A stretch of 64,000 nucleotides of DNA from Felis catus (lineage: Eukaryota), in contig NC_058368.1 of the NCBI RefSeq assembly GCF_018350175.1, positions 213,592,001 through 213,656,000 of the forward strand, given 5' to 3'. The notes under the pieces were generated by a model. It worked only from the letters and a program-made list of their open reading frames with translations. It ran no database searches and was not told the origin of the DNA. A program made the translations under genes and the position numbers. Shown here piece by piece: positions 11,171 to 23,757 of the stretch; position 1 is the first letter of the stretch, and each line of letters begins with the position of its first letter.

Positions 11171-14100
11171 GGAAAAAACAAAAAACAAAAAACCCACCTC
11201 CTAGGAGGACAGATGAGGGCATGTGGATTCCCTAACACTATCTGCCCCTCAACGAAGGCACTGAAGATTGACTGAAGGGAAGTACTAACTTCTCAAATTT
11301 TAAACAGGCAAAATCAAGGGGAACTAAAGCTATCTAGGTTACTTAAAGTCACTTATTCTTACAATAGTTAACCCAAATGCATATTTTAAATGCTTGGCAA
11401 GTACAAAGTTCTTAGGAAGATCAGCTCTAGCCTCTAACTCCCCATCCCCTTTTCTGAACTGGCAACCTATCAGTGCTTGGGCAAAACAAGAAAAATTATC
11501 CAACTATTTTTTAATACGGATAGTAAGCATCTGTCCAAGAAGATTCATGAAGACAGTTTTTCATAGAAAATTAAGAAGTAAAATAATCTAAGCATTCTTG
11601 CTGGTTTTGCCTTCCCCTCACCCTGCATTCCACATAAACCTTGGGGCCCAGAAATAAATAAATAAATGGGAACATTTAGTTGCCTTCTTCTAAGAAGTTA
11701 AGGGTCGACACTAGTAAGGCTTTATACAGATAAAGAAACACAAATTCAGGGAAACAAAACTAGCTGTTCCTCAAGATCCTAATTAAGAGAGAGAGAGAGA
11801 GAGAGCTTCAGAACGCCCAGAAGCTGAGATAGTCTTCCACTTTCTGTCTCTCAAGAAATAAATAGCATTTTACACATGGAATCACCTAATTACGGTCTCC
11901 AGTTTCATTTTGTTTTGGCAGGGCCTTGCTTCCTCAGGCCAAGGCAGACAGACGCTCAACAGCAGGAACAAACGGAGAGTGATAAAGGCACGCCAGACCC
12001 TGCGGGAGCCTACGTCCATCCCCTCTATCCTGCCTGTCTTTCTCAAAAAAGCAGACCCCCCGTTGGGCAGCCTGGAGCTGACCTCCCTTCTAGGCCCTTC
12101 TGCCTATCACCTTCAGGTGAGGGAGGAAGCCTGACTTCCATCAGTAGTAACAGGTGAGCCCTTTACAATTCTATGTGTAGACAGCTTTCTCTATGGGAAG
12201 AGTAACAGTCAGCAAATCCATAAACCAGTTCAGTAAAGGACCGCATGTGTTCGTATTTCCTGTCTCAAGCAGTCCCAGAACCATGGAGCGGGGGTGGGTG
12301 GGGGGTACTCTGGTGCTATCCGTGCCTCCCCGAAATCAGAGCAGAGAGGAACCTCCAGAGGAAGCAAAGATGAGGACCCACAACCACCCGTCACATTCAC
12401 TCACACTCCGCCGTTCTCCAACTCCTGGCCACCCTCATTTACCTACATTATTTGCTGCGGTCTGCGTGTCACGTCATCGGCTTTATGTGCATTCTTATCA
12501 TGGAAGCCCAGCGACAAATCTGAGTGGGAAGCATCGTTATTATCCCGCTGGTGTATGCTGCTCGCTTTGAACTGTGCTCCCCTCTTACCTGGGGAAGGAT
12601 GTCCCCACACATAGTGTGTAGACACTGAGTCTTGCTAAGACAGCTCCCTCCCTGGCTCCAAGGGAATCGCTAACCAGCTCACCGAGGATGGCTTTTGGGG
12701 GCAGTCCTAGGGAGAGACAGAGTCTCTCTTTTAGTAGAAAGGCAGCAGACTTCTCACATTTTCCTGGTAGAGCAGCTTCCTGCTGACCATCCAGTGTCAG
12801 GATGTGGATCTCCTCTCTCCTGTACTGACCAGATCAGCTGGAGCTGCCCTGCCACACTGCGTGTGCTGATGTACGTCCGCAGGTAAGAGGGCAGCAGAGT
12901 TCAAAGTGAGCAACACACCCCAGCAGAACAAATCCCTGAGGGCTGTCGAGCCCAGAGCTTATAGATACGTGGGATGGAAAACGGACACCCAGCTAGGAAG
13001 GAAACGGGGCAAGAGTAGCTCTGGGAAAGGCCTTCTGTGTCAAAGCAGTGAATCCCCTGCCTGCACTTGCAGCTCTGACAGGAGCAACCTGGAGTGTCCA
13101 TGTTGTATCCACTCCGTCAGCTGTCCTTCATCCCTGGCACCTGGCTAGAGGAGGCTGCTCTCTCCTAGAGCTTCCCTGCACAGGGCTCACTGTCCTTTAC
13201 ACTTTACACCTGTATGTCCACACTTTTATGTCAGCCATTATGTGCAATTACCTGATAAATGATAGAAGCAGCCAAGTCTATAAAGGCGAGCCTGGTCTAA
13301 CGGAAAACCAACGGGCTTTGAAGTTAGCCAGCTCCGAGTCCTAGTGTACTCTACACTTTTGGGGGTGTGACTTTAGTTCTTTGTTAAGTAAAATGCCTAT
13401 AATACAGTTCATTCCAGGGAGGAAACAAAAGACTAAGAGTCATCACCCTTTAAGGGTAAAGACGAAAGGTACACACAACAACAATCACTCAAAATGATCC
13501 CTAGTATCATGTGAGTGTTTGTGACGTGTCTCTTCTGTACTTAACAAGATTGTGATTTATTGGTAGTTGGGGACTTTACTCATGCTGCTTCTTTATCTGC
13601 CCTAATCCCAGAGAAAGAAAACATCTTCATACCAGTAGAAAGCACTCGATAATGCTGGGGGAAGGTAAGGAGTCTTGAGGTCAGTCATAATTGGGATCTC
13701 AAGTGCAACTTCAGCCAATGTTTCTTCTGAACGTATGCTACTCCTGACTTAGACCTGAACATCAGGCAACACAGAGGACCAACAACAGAGATGTGTGCGG
13801 CACTCAAAGGTCCAAGGGGGCAAAGTGATCGCAGTGAGTGGCTGGGGGAGTATTATTGCAGAGAAGATAAAGAAAAGCCCAAACGGCCCAGATTCTCCAA
13901 AGGCAAGAACACAGTGTTCATGTTGTGCTAAGGGTTACTGAAGCTTCCTTTCCCAGAAATATCTCCTGCATCAGCCTGACATGGTCCCGGGGCCCTAAAC
14001 ACTACGGTGTAAGTTAATCCATTGGTTTAGGTATTATTTCAGAAAATCTTCTAAAATAGAAGTATGTTTCTGCAGGAGGAAAAATATTTTAACCTTGCAT

Positions 14101-14389
14101 TTTTCACACAGGGGTAATGTATAGACCAATTTTAAAGAAAATAAAATCTTATCAGACCCCTACCATATATCCATGGACCTCATTTTGAGTAATATTAACT
14201 TAAGAGTATAAAATCTGATTTTATTGCTATATCTTCCAGTTAGAAATTATTGCTGAAAAAAGAGGACTTTGTTCTTAGGAACTGGCAAAATACTTTTAAA
14301 AAGATTATTGTAATGAAAAGTTTAAAATATTTTATGCATCTAAAAATTTAGAAACCCTTGTTTAACCTATTTAATGACTTGTTTTAAAT

Positions 14390-14460
14390 TAATGCCTAGC
14401 TCCTAGCACACGGCTTGGCTCATAGCAGGTGTTCAATAAATTTGTTTAGAGTGAATGCAT
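14390..14460 (+). mobile_element. L2 3' terminus
   Basis: cctagcacacggcttggctcatagcaggtgttcaataaatttgtttagagtgaatg matches the L2 tail. Confidence 0.75.
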
Positions 14461-14930
14461 TCTATAATGATTAGAGGCAGAGGCTAGGTCAAGTTCACAG
14501 CATCAAACACTGCTGGGGCGGACAAGTCCAGGCCAGCACCCAACTGTGCTGCTGGGCGTGGGATTTAAGAAAGAATCACCAGAGACCATCAAATAGGAGT
14601 CTGGTGAGCAATGAAGTCACCTAGGACTTACCCATGGGCTAACACTGTCCATCTGTACCACCAGGAAACTAGCTGATGAGGACTCACAGACCTTACTTGC
14701 CCCACGGATGCCACTCTGTGCACACATACACTTAGTGTAGTATAGTTTTTTGTTTTTTTTACTTTTCTGTCACAGTACTTTTACTTTTCTGTCACAGTAC
14801 CTGGGAGGTGTCAAGAGAGGGTCAGAGGCAAGCCTGGTCCCATGGAAAAGGGGCAGGTTTTAGTCACCCAATCTGGATCTTACCATTTACTGGGTCAGTG
14901 TCCTTGGGCATGTTCCTTTTTCCTTTTTTT

Positions 14931-15143
14931 CTTAAAATTTTTTTTTAATGTTTATTTATTTTAGAGAGAGAGCGAGCATGAGTGGGGAGGGGCAGGGAGA
15001 GAGGCAGACACAGAATCTGAAGCAGGCTCCAGGCTCTGAGCTGTCAGCACAGAGCCCAATGCGGGACTCAAACCCATGAACTGTAAGATCATGACCTGAG
15101 CTGAAGTTGGACACTTAATTAACTGAGCCACCCAGGTGCCCCA
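14931..15143 (-). mobile_element. Can-SINE inserted in a MIR (MIR pieces ~14850-14915 and ~15160-15270)
   Basis: SINE body in reverse orientation; MIR core is split either side (ccttgggcatgttc… / gtttcctcattagtaaaatgg). Confidence 0.92.
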
Positions 15144-16250
15144 CATTTCTTAAATTCCAACCTTAGAGTTTCCTCATTAGTAAAATGGAATAGCTGTGTC
15201 ACAGGATGTTGGAAGGCGTAAACCTAAGAATGTATGTAAAAGTCCCCGAAACATCCTTGGTGGTTAATAGTAAAGCTAGTAACCTAACAGTGACAGGAGA
15301 ACAGAGCCTGTTTTCCAGGGTCATGAAGAAAGGAAAAATTCAGTATGTGAATGCCTAAGGCCAGGCATAAACACTGCAGTCTTTGGGCAGGGCTGGGAAC
15401 AGAATGGAGGTGAGGAAAGGAAGAGGGAGAGCTCCTTCTCCAGGAAGGTATGTTTACTCTGTGGCTGAGTGAAAACAAAGAGGAGGCAGATTTACCACAT
15501 GTTTGTGTCAGGTGCCAGGTAGAACTTAAAAAGTCATTCCATTGGCTCAGACCAATGAGAAGATCCTCTTTTGACAAATCCAAAAACCCCAACAGAAGAC
15601 ATGTCAATGAGCTGAAAGTGACTTGGCAAAAGAAAAGAGAGAAATGGTAGATACAAAGCATTTGTGCCCCCAGTAAAGTGGCCCAACAGTGAGGCGAGCA
15701 GGTGGTAAGCTGAGAGACTCCAGCATCTGAGAGAACCTTTGGTTTGCCTTTGGAGACACTTCCTTCATCCACCATTAAAGATTCATTGAAGTGGGGATAG
15801 GGCCATTCTCAGGACATCCACCACCTTCCAATCTTGTAGGTAAGACCAGTTCTTTCCAAACTTCATTTCAGGATATGGTAAAACAAGAACCAGAATAAAA
15901 TAAAATCTGGATACACTACAATGATAGCCACATTATTACAAGTCTCCATGCAGATAGGAGTCTGGAAAAGCAAAATGTAGTTGATATGTATTGGATGGTA
16001 GAATTTTCCCTTCGAAAGATTATTTTTTAATTGTTATTTTATTAACACAATATGCAAAAGCTGGGAAGGGAAACAAGATCAAGTCAGGAGCAGCCCAATG
16101 TTGTCCATACCACAGCAGAAGAAGGTGAACTGAGACCACTATTGACATCATACACTACATCACGCCAACTTCTGACCCACTCAGCAGTATAACAGGAAGC
16201 CGCAGCCCACCAAGTCCAGAGTTTAGCAGACTGAAAGGCTGAAGGCTACA

Positions 16251-16461
16251 TTTTTTTAAAAAAGTTTATTTATTTTGAGAGAGAAAGAGTGTGTGCTGTC
16301 GTGCGCATGGGAGGGGCAGAGAGAGGGGGAGAGAGTATCCCAAGCAGGCTCCGCACTGCCAGTGTGAAACCCAATGTGGGGCTCCATCTCACAAACAGCG
16401 AGATCATGACCTGAGCCATAATCAAGAGTTGGATGCTTAACTGACTGCACCACCCGCCCCA
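16251..16461 (-). mobile_element. Can-SINE
   Basis: Reverse-complement SINE body and tail. Confidence 0.92.
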
Positions 16462-16849
16462 ACCCAACTTAAACCTTAAAACAGACTTCAGACATATCTG
16501 ATCTACTCCCCTGGAAGGTCACCTACACCCATTAGAATTCATTAACCACATACTTCAGTTTTATACAAACTGCAGTCAATACTGGACTAGACAGTAATTT
16601 GGGTATAGGATGATCTCAAGAATGACTCTTGGAATATACAGTCTTCATCAGTACATGACTCAACCAAGGCCTACACAAATAACCCCACAGATGCCCACAG
16701 GGGCAAGTCTCAAGGCCCCTCCTGGTCAAAGCATATAAATTCAAGTTCATTTGTCTTTGCTTCCTTCTGGAAAACCCTCTCCACTGCCACCTCCCACCCC
16801 GGCACCTTGTTTACACCCGTTTCCATACCGTTTCAATTCAATTCAGTGC

Positions 16850-16980
16850 CACAGTATTACATTTGTTTATGTCCCTGTCTCCTTGCCAGACTGTGAGCTC
16901 CTTGTGAGAAGAAACCAGATCTTCATTACCAGTGTGCACCCCAACTCAAGCACAGTGCCTGGCACAGAGCAGATGCTCCA
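16850..16980 (+). mobile_element. L2 3' end
   Basis: ccagactgtgagctccttgtgag…gcacagtgcctggcacagagcagatgctc. Confidence 0.82.
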
Positions 16981-17134
16981 TCTGCTGTTTTCCTTGGGGC
17001 ATCTTGGTTCAAACTGGTTATCCCGGCATCATTATGAATGCCGCCTTTCGCTCACAGAAGTGTACTTGCATGTCTGACAAATCCTACAACCACCCTGTTA
17101 AGAGACAGTAGATGAATGTTGGCTGTTGGTTTTT

Positions 17135-17330
17135 TTTTTTTTTTTTAAGCTTATTTATTTTGAGAGAGAGAGAGAGCAAGCGAGCACGAGCAGGGTAGGG
17201 GCAGAGACAGAATCCCAAGCAGGCTCCATGCTGTCAGCAGGGAGCCCAACGTGGGGCCTGAACTCACGAACTGTGAGATCATGACCTGAGCTGAAATCAA
17301 GAGCTGGTCACTAAACCAACGGAGCCACTC
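17135..17330 (-). mobile_element. Can-SINE
   Basis: Reverse SINE body; gctgttggttttt repeated on both flanks (TSD). Confidence 0.92.
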
Positions 17331-18595
17331 ATAAAAACCACCCCAGCTGTTGGTTTTTATGGAGTTAGTTTGTTCATTTTTTAAGTCATTTCCCCATTAT
17401 CTGCTGCAGTTTACTGTAGGTAGATAGGCAGGTAGGTTGGTGGTTGGGTAGATAAATAGACTGACTGAGAAGCAGGTAATCCAGAAATTAGTGTGTTAAG
17501 AATTAGAAAGCATGCTGGGTAACTTTGATTTGTTACAGCAGATTTCCCTTCTAATTATCTAGTCAATCCTTTGATGACAGTAAAGGGACTTTGCTTTCTC
17601 TGAACACCCTGGCACGATGTAGATGCTGGATGAGGCCAGTAATGGCTAGAAGTGTTGGGGGCAGTGGAGAAAGCCACACTGATATTAAATCCACACCAGG
17701 ACTACTGAAAACCAATGATGTTGGCAAGCATTCGCCGTTCCAACCCAGATGTCACTGCTCCGTGGCTCAGAATTCTGCCCATGAAACCACTCTCTCTCCA
17801 AGCTGTCCATAAGAAATGGAAAATCCCCCAGCTTTTCTTATAGTCCTCAAGGATGGAGGAGTGGTAGGAACCAGAGAAGGTGAGGATGGTGCTGGCACCA
17901 ATTAACGGACTTGGTGTTTAAAGTTCTGGTTTATGCAGCAGCAAGGGGCGTGTTAATACGGTTGCCAGAAGCACTGATAAAATCAGGATTATCCAAGTGT
18001 ATGCCATTTGTCTTGGGGTCTGGCCTTTTTACAGCACATTAAGGATAGGAAACTAGAACCACAAGTCTCCTCGGGTCCTTTCCCACTTGTAATTGTCACA
18101 GACACAGCCACATAAAGGGGGCCAGAGGGGAGGGGAGGACTTCACCTGTCTGGCCCATTTCCTCTGGTTCCAGAGAAACTCCTCCTTGGATTCAAGGGCC
18201 CAGAGGGCTTCCTCAAATCCCGCTGCTTATTACGCCTGTTTGATTTTAAAGGAGAAGATTAAATACACAGCCCACAGCCAAGATTCCAGATGTTCAGCAA
18301 GCCTTCCTTTTGTGGTTAGGGTCCCCTGCTAAGTCATACTTCTAATTAACATCTGGGCTCTGAGGGGCTGTTAGAGATGGGAGTCAAGGCAGAGGGGCCC
18401 TGGCCCTAGTCCCAGTTCTGCTGTTTTACTGGTCAACGAACCCATCCTTTGGCTTCTCTGGGTCCTGGTTTCTTCATTTTCCCTATTGGGAATAGGCTAC
18501 CTACCAAAAACCTCCACCCCTCTCAAGCAGCCTATGAATGTCAAAGGGGATTAACTCAGGAGTTCTTACAGAAAAAGCATAAAAGCCCCCTGGAA

Positions 18596-18785
18596 CTGCA
18601 CTACCCAACGATACCCACTCATCACATGTGGCTATTTAAACTTACGTTAGTTAAAATTAAAAATTCAATTCTTCAGTCACACATTCCAAGGGTTCAATAG
18701 CCACATGTGGCTACTGGCTATCATACTGGCCGCCAAAGATAGAGAACACTGCCATCATCGAGAAAATTCTATTGGACACCACTGC
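18596..18785 (-). mobile_element. MER3-like hAT-Charlie MITE
   Basis: Two (c)acatgtggcta motifs around an AT-rich core, ending in …ttctattggacaccactg. Confidence 0.85.
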
Positions 18786-19820
18786 TCTATAGCCTCTTTT
18801 GGATTTCTCAAAAAAACAAAAAACCCAAAAAACCAAAACAACAATAAAACACAAAAACAAAAAACAAAAACCAGAAAAGAACATCCCAGCCCTGTCAAAT
18901 ACTCAGAAAGGCAATGGTATTTTAACGCCTACAAAGAGAGAAGCCCTTTGTGTTGACACAGTAGGGCCACAACTAGGCTCTCTCCCAAAGAAAGCAGCAG
19001 AGTTTTTGTTCCCAACACATAAAACAGGCACAGGCCAATGGGGGACAGTTGTCCCACAGCTCCCCTGCCTGTTATACTCGGATCGCTCCTTCAGACCTAA
19101 TCAATTATTTACACAGTCCTACTTTCAAGAAAGTGCATTTTCAAACATTCTCTCAATAGAAGTGTTAGGTTTGTGCAAATCCAGGGACCAGGGAGACCCA
19201 GTCACTTTCACTGCTTCCCACCTGACAGGACTGTCCTTACAGCGCCCTCAAATGGCCAACTCCAGCTATTTAACAACACCAATGGACACAATCCTCCCCA
19301 GGGCTAAGTGTTAAAAGCATTCCTAAAGAAAACGGCCTGAAACAGAAGCTCCTCCCCTCCGATCTGTTTTTCACTGGCCAAGGATTTATTGGCTCTTGCA
19401 GTAAATTAATCAATTGCCAAGGGAAAGTAATACCATGGCTCCAATGTAAATACTTGTTGGTAACAATCCTTCAGTGTGACACTTCAGATTTCAAGTGGCT
19501 GGGTGGCCTTCCAAATGCCTCATTAAAGGCAACTTTATAGCATTAAGAGGAAAAGGCTCTGGGATTTTCTGTACAAATGTATAAATCTTTCCAAAGAAAA
19601 ACAATAGAACAATTCACGAAATGTATGTGATTGGGGAAATGGGGAGGAGAAGCAAGTAAACAGAGGAAGGAGAAACTGAGAAGCAGAGAGAGGTTGGTCT
19701 AGAGATTTTCCTGGTTCCATGCATTGGGGTATCTTGATGCTGGACACCTCTGTTCTGCCCAACATTTGTTTACCCATCATTCAATGGGACTGCTCTCCCA
19801 AATGGTGGGGTCCTAGGCCT

Positions 19821-19868
19821 TGTGTGTGTGAGTGTGTGTGTGTATGTGTGTGTGTGTGTGTGTGTGTG
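19821..19868. repeat. (TG)n microsatellite, interrupted
   Basis: Directly visible. Confidence 0.96.
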
Positions 19869-21699
19869 ATCCCAGACTGATGGTATCTCTGTTCATCTTC
19901 CTATCCTTCAGAGTATTTACCATAAAGATTTCCAAATAGCAGTCAATTAAAATCAGTTAAGCTATTGACTTCTCTCAGTGAATGATTTAGTGTTAAGAAA
20001 ATCTATATAATCAACAGTTGGTTGTTACTACACTGAGTGCCAATTATTATAGAAATGCTTGGAGAAATACCCCCAACCCCTAAAATAATTTAACATGCCT
20101 TGGAGAGTATAAACCAGCAAGTTAGCAGTTAACAGAAGACCACTACCTCAAAAAACCTAATATTTGGTCTTGAGCAACCCAACCCTATTTTCTTGTTTAG
20201 GAAACGGTCCATGGGAATCAGCTGCTCCTTCGAAATCCCAGTACTCTAAATGGACCGAAACGGTGGCACCCCTGGAACCCAGGCTTGGAAAATAGAGCTG
20301 CTTCCCTCTGATGTGGCCCCAAACAGCAGCCTGTGTTTGAGGTTAACCCCACTTTCACTGCCCTTAGCTAAGCAGCCTTTCAGAGCTCTGTGTGGCCCCC
20401 AGTAGGCCAATCTATTTTATTTTTCCTTTAGAAAAAGCTTTAAAAAAAAAAAAACCTAAGAAAACTGATGGTTGAAACCAAAGAGAAGAGAAAGTTCTGA
20501 AATAAGAGTGTGTGCACATGCAACCCTCTGCATTTGTGCTGGTGGTGATCTCAACTTTGTCTTCCTAACTGACAGTTCTCTGGGTAGCTATGCTCAATTT
20601 TCAAAGATTCCTATGGAAAATTAGTCCCATTGTTCCACAAGAACAACAGGCAACTGACGATAAGCAGAGCAAGATAAGGCAAGCAGACTCCCGGATCTCA
20701 GGCGTGGTACTTTTCTGCTGTTAAAACAGTTCCTATCGGAAGAGCTGCCATCTCGATAGCATCCTCGATCCTCAGGTCGGCCTCTAAACCTCAAAAAGCA
20801 TAATGAAACAGAATACAGTGTGTGGATGAGTGAAAACTCGCAAACTCATAATGTGATCCCCTCCACTAACACCTGAAGTCCCTCCTCTGAGAATCTCCAG
20901 GGCACCAAATTCACTCCAAGCATTTCCGAGGCAAGAGTCGTTTCCCTAATACAATTCTTATTCTAAAAATCTGTATCTGTGTTTTGGACTATTTAGCATG
21001 CACTCTGCAACAGGCTTGTAGGATTTCTAGAACATATCAGAGTGGTCAATATACAGAAACCAAAAGAAACAATGAGTCCAGCTCCTATCAAAACTTTAGG
21101 AACTAGGCAGAGAGAGGCTATACTCATCCAAGAACTCATAAGCCTACAGCCTGGCACAAAGTCTCGCACCCAGTAGACATTCAACGACATTGACAGAATC
21201 TACTTGAAGCATTAGTCCTTCTGGGCCTGGTGTGTGGAGTCAATTGGTCCTAATGCAAGAACTGAATTCCACCCTGGGCACGAGGACCAGGGACGTGGCA
21301 AAGGACCCAACACATGGCAGAGGGCCCATGCTCCATCTACAACATCCTTCACAGAAGCAGTTTCCTGCAGGGAGTTTGCTGGTCCTCTGCCAGCCCACAG
21401 TTCTCAGAAGGGTGAAAGGGCAAAGGGAGGAATTTCTTCAGCTGGCAAATCCTCAACAAGGGAGGAGGGAGGAAGGGAGTGGGGGCAACAGGCTCAGCAA
21501 GCTGGGAGGAAGAAGGAGGGGCAGGGAAGGAAGAGGCCCACGGGAGGCACAGCAACAACTTGGCAATGGCAGGGCAAACGAAACCAAACTTCTGAGCTGC
21601 TACCCGTCTCAGGGGTCATCTTGTACAGTGACAGGCTTTCAACAAATGTGTTAATTGCTTAAGGTCTGTATGGATACATTCTTTCTGCATTTTACCCAA

Positions 21700-22500
21700 A
21701 TTATATAGATAAGCCTTAATTTCCTCTTTAATTCCACTCTCCTTCCCCCAAATAACCACTGTTTTCTGTTTTTCATCTAGACCTTCTGGATGCAGCATTT
21801 ACATACTGTTATATTCATATAGGGCAAAAAATATATATTGCTTTACTTAATTGGCTACATATTGTACCTACCACTCTACACTGTGTTTTCTCTTCATTTA
21901 ATGATATGTTTTAGAGTTCATTCTATCTACACAAAGAGACCCACTTCCTTCTCTGAAACTGCCACATAGTTTTGCACAATGTGGACTGTGTTTTATTTAG
22001 TCACTCTTGTATGGATGTTTAATTTGCATTTCCCCCCATTTCAAACAGTTCTGGAGTGACTAGACATTCAGATGCAAGTATTTTGCTAGAATACAATTCT
22101 AGAGGTGAAAGCGATGGGTCACAGCTTATGTGTAATGTGACAGAACAGCTGCGACTCACCCCCCCCCCCTCACAGTATGTCAGCACTCCTTTCCCTAACC
22201 TTCCCACACCTGATTCCATCATTCTCTTCATTTTTGCCTAAGCCTCACCTTAAATGGGACACGATCCAGAATGGATGGTGGACAGTATTAGAAACAAAGA
22301 AATCCCACTGCTTTCCATTGGAGAGATTAAGCATTTTGTCTCATGTTTATTGGCCATTTGCATTTTCTCTTCTGTGATTTGCCATTCCTCTGCCCATTTT
22401 TCTTTTGGGTCATTTACTTTCCCCTTGTAACTTACAGGTTTTTACATATTCTGACAATCTGTCTGTTATAGATGTTTTACACATTTCTCTCAGTCTTTTT
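21700..22500 (-). mobile_element. Old L1 (L1ME-like) fragments
   Basis: Antisense L1 text, e.g. catgtttattggccatttgcattttctcttctgtga…tgcccattttt…tttacatattctgac. Confidence 0.75.
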
Positions 22501-23528
22501 AAAGTTTTGCTCCTGGAATTTTCCCACAAACAGGATGGTTTCCTATGCACAACACAGCGATGTCCAAATTGTTCTTTTCAGTGATAAATTCCTTCCTCCC
22601 ATCCAGGGGAACCCCCAGTAACAGACAGACAACAGCCAAACTTCTCTGGTTGAGGATAAACCAGCCTCTGAAGGTCCTACCAACCCCCCCCCCCAATTCC
22701 CAACTCTCATTTTGAGGGACTCCTCAGAGCTTCCAAGAGCAGAGGTTGAAATCACAGATTCAGTCCAATTCCCTCATGTAACAAATGAAGAAATGCAGGA
22801 TAAGGCTGCTGGAGGGAGGAGTTCAAGGTCTCCTAACAGAAGTAAGACCAGAACTAAGCTCTACTCTGGTTCTAGGAACCCAGTACGGTCTTTAAAGTAT
22901 AGAGTCTAGTTTCATTCCAATTTGATATGACAACAAAACATAGCTATTTGGCATTTGATTCGTGTACTTTTCTCCCATCAAAGAAAGTAACATGCTAATA
23001 AAATAAACAATGAAATAAAATTTCACTCAAAAACTCAACTTAAAAAGACACTTATCATTGCTTTCCAGTTGTATACTACTGTGTCAACTTCCTGTTTCTC
23101 CCCACTAGAACATAAGCGAAATGAGAGCAAGGAATCCTATCTGTGCTTCTCTTCTGGATCTCTAAAACCCAGAACTAGGCCTGTCAAATTACAGGTCTCA
23201 AAAAAATGCTCACCTCCAAAACCATTCACTATAGCTAAAAACAAGCAAAGAATGATCCAATCTGCTCTTGTAAGAAATTTCAACTGCACTTCTCAATGTA
23301 ACCTCTGCTAGGACAGCCACCCATTAGCAGGTGGCCTAAAAAGTGAGATGTAAGAAGGACTACCAGGGTCATGAAAATCCAAATGGAATAACTGAAAGCA
23401 ATACTGCTGAGAACCTACAACCACTCTCCTCCTCCTTCCTATTTATGGAATTCTTTAGGCTTCTGGTTGTTATGCCTGTTTTTAAGGACATCTAGAGCTT
23501 CAAGGCCCCTTTCAAAAACCTCGTGGAT

Positions 23529-23757
23529 GGGGCGCCTGGGTGGCGCAGTCGGTTAAGCGTCCGACTTCAGCCAGGTCACGATCTCGCGGTCCGTGAGTTC
23601 GAGCCCCGCGTCAGGCTCTGGGCTGATGGCTCAGAGCCTGGAGCCTGTTTCCGATTCTGTGTCTCCCTCTCTCTCTGCCCCTCCCCCGTTCATGCTCTGT
23701 CTCTCTCTGTCCCAAAAATAAATAAACGTTGAAAAAAAAAAATTAAAAAAAAAAAAA
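23529..23757 (+). mobile_element. Very young SINEC_Fc
   Basis: CpGs undecayed, long A tail, perfect TSD aaaaacctcgtgga (23514-23527, 23758-23771). Confidence 0.97.

Noticed and set aside
18799..19314. 171-aa ORF
   Set aside because: Starts in an A-rich low-complexity tract with a non-ATG codon; no homology or exon signals.
2377..22257. Perfect CArG boxes (ccatttaagg at 2377, ccttaaatgg at 22248) and a full CRE (tgacgtca at 9131)
   Set aside because: A few such motifs are expected by chance in 64 kb, and one CArG lies in L1 debris. No supporting context.
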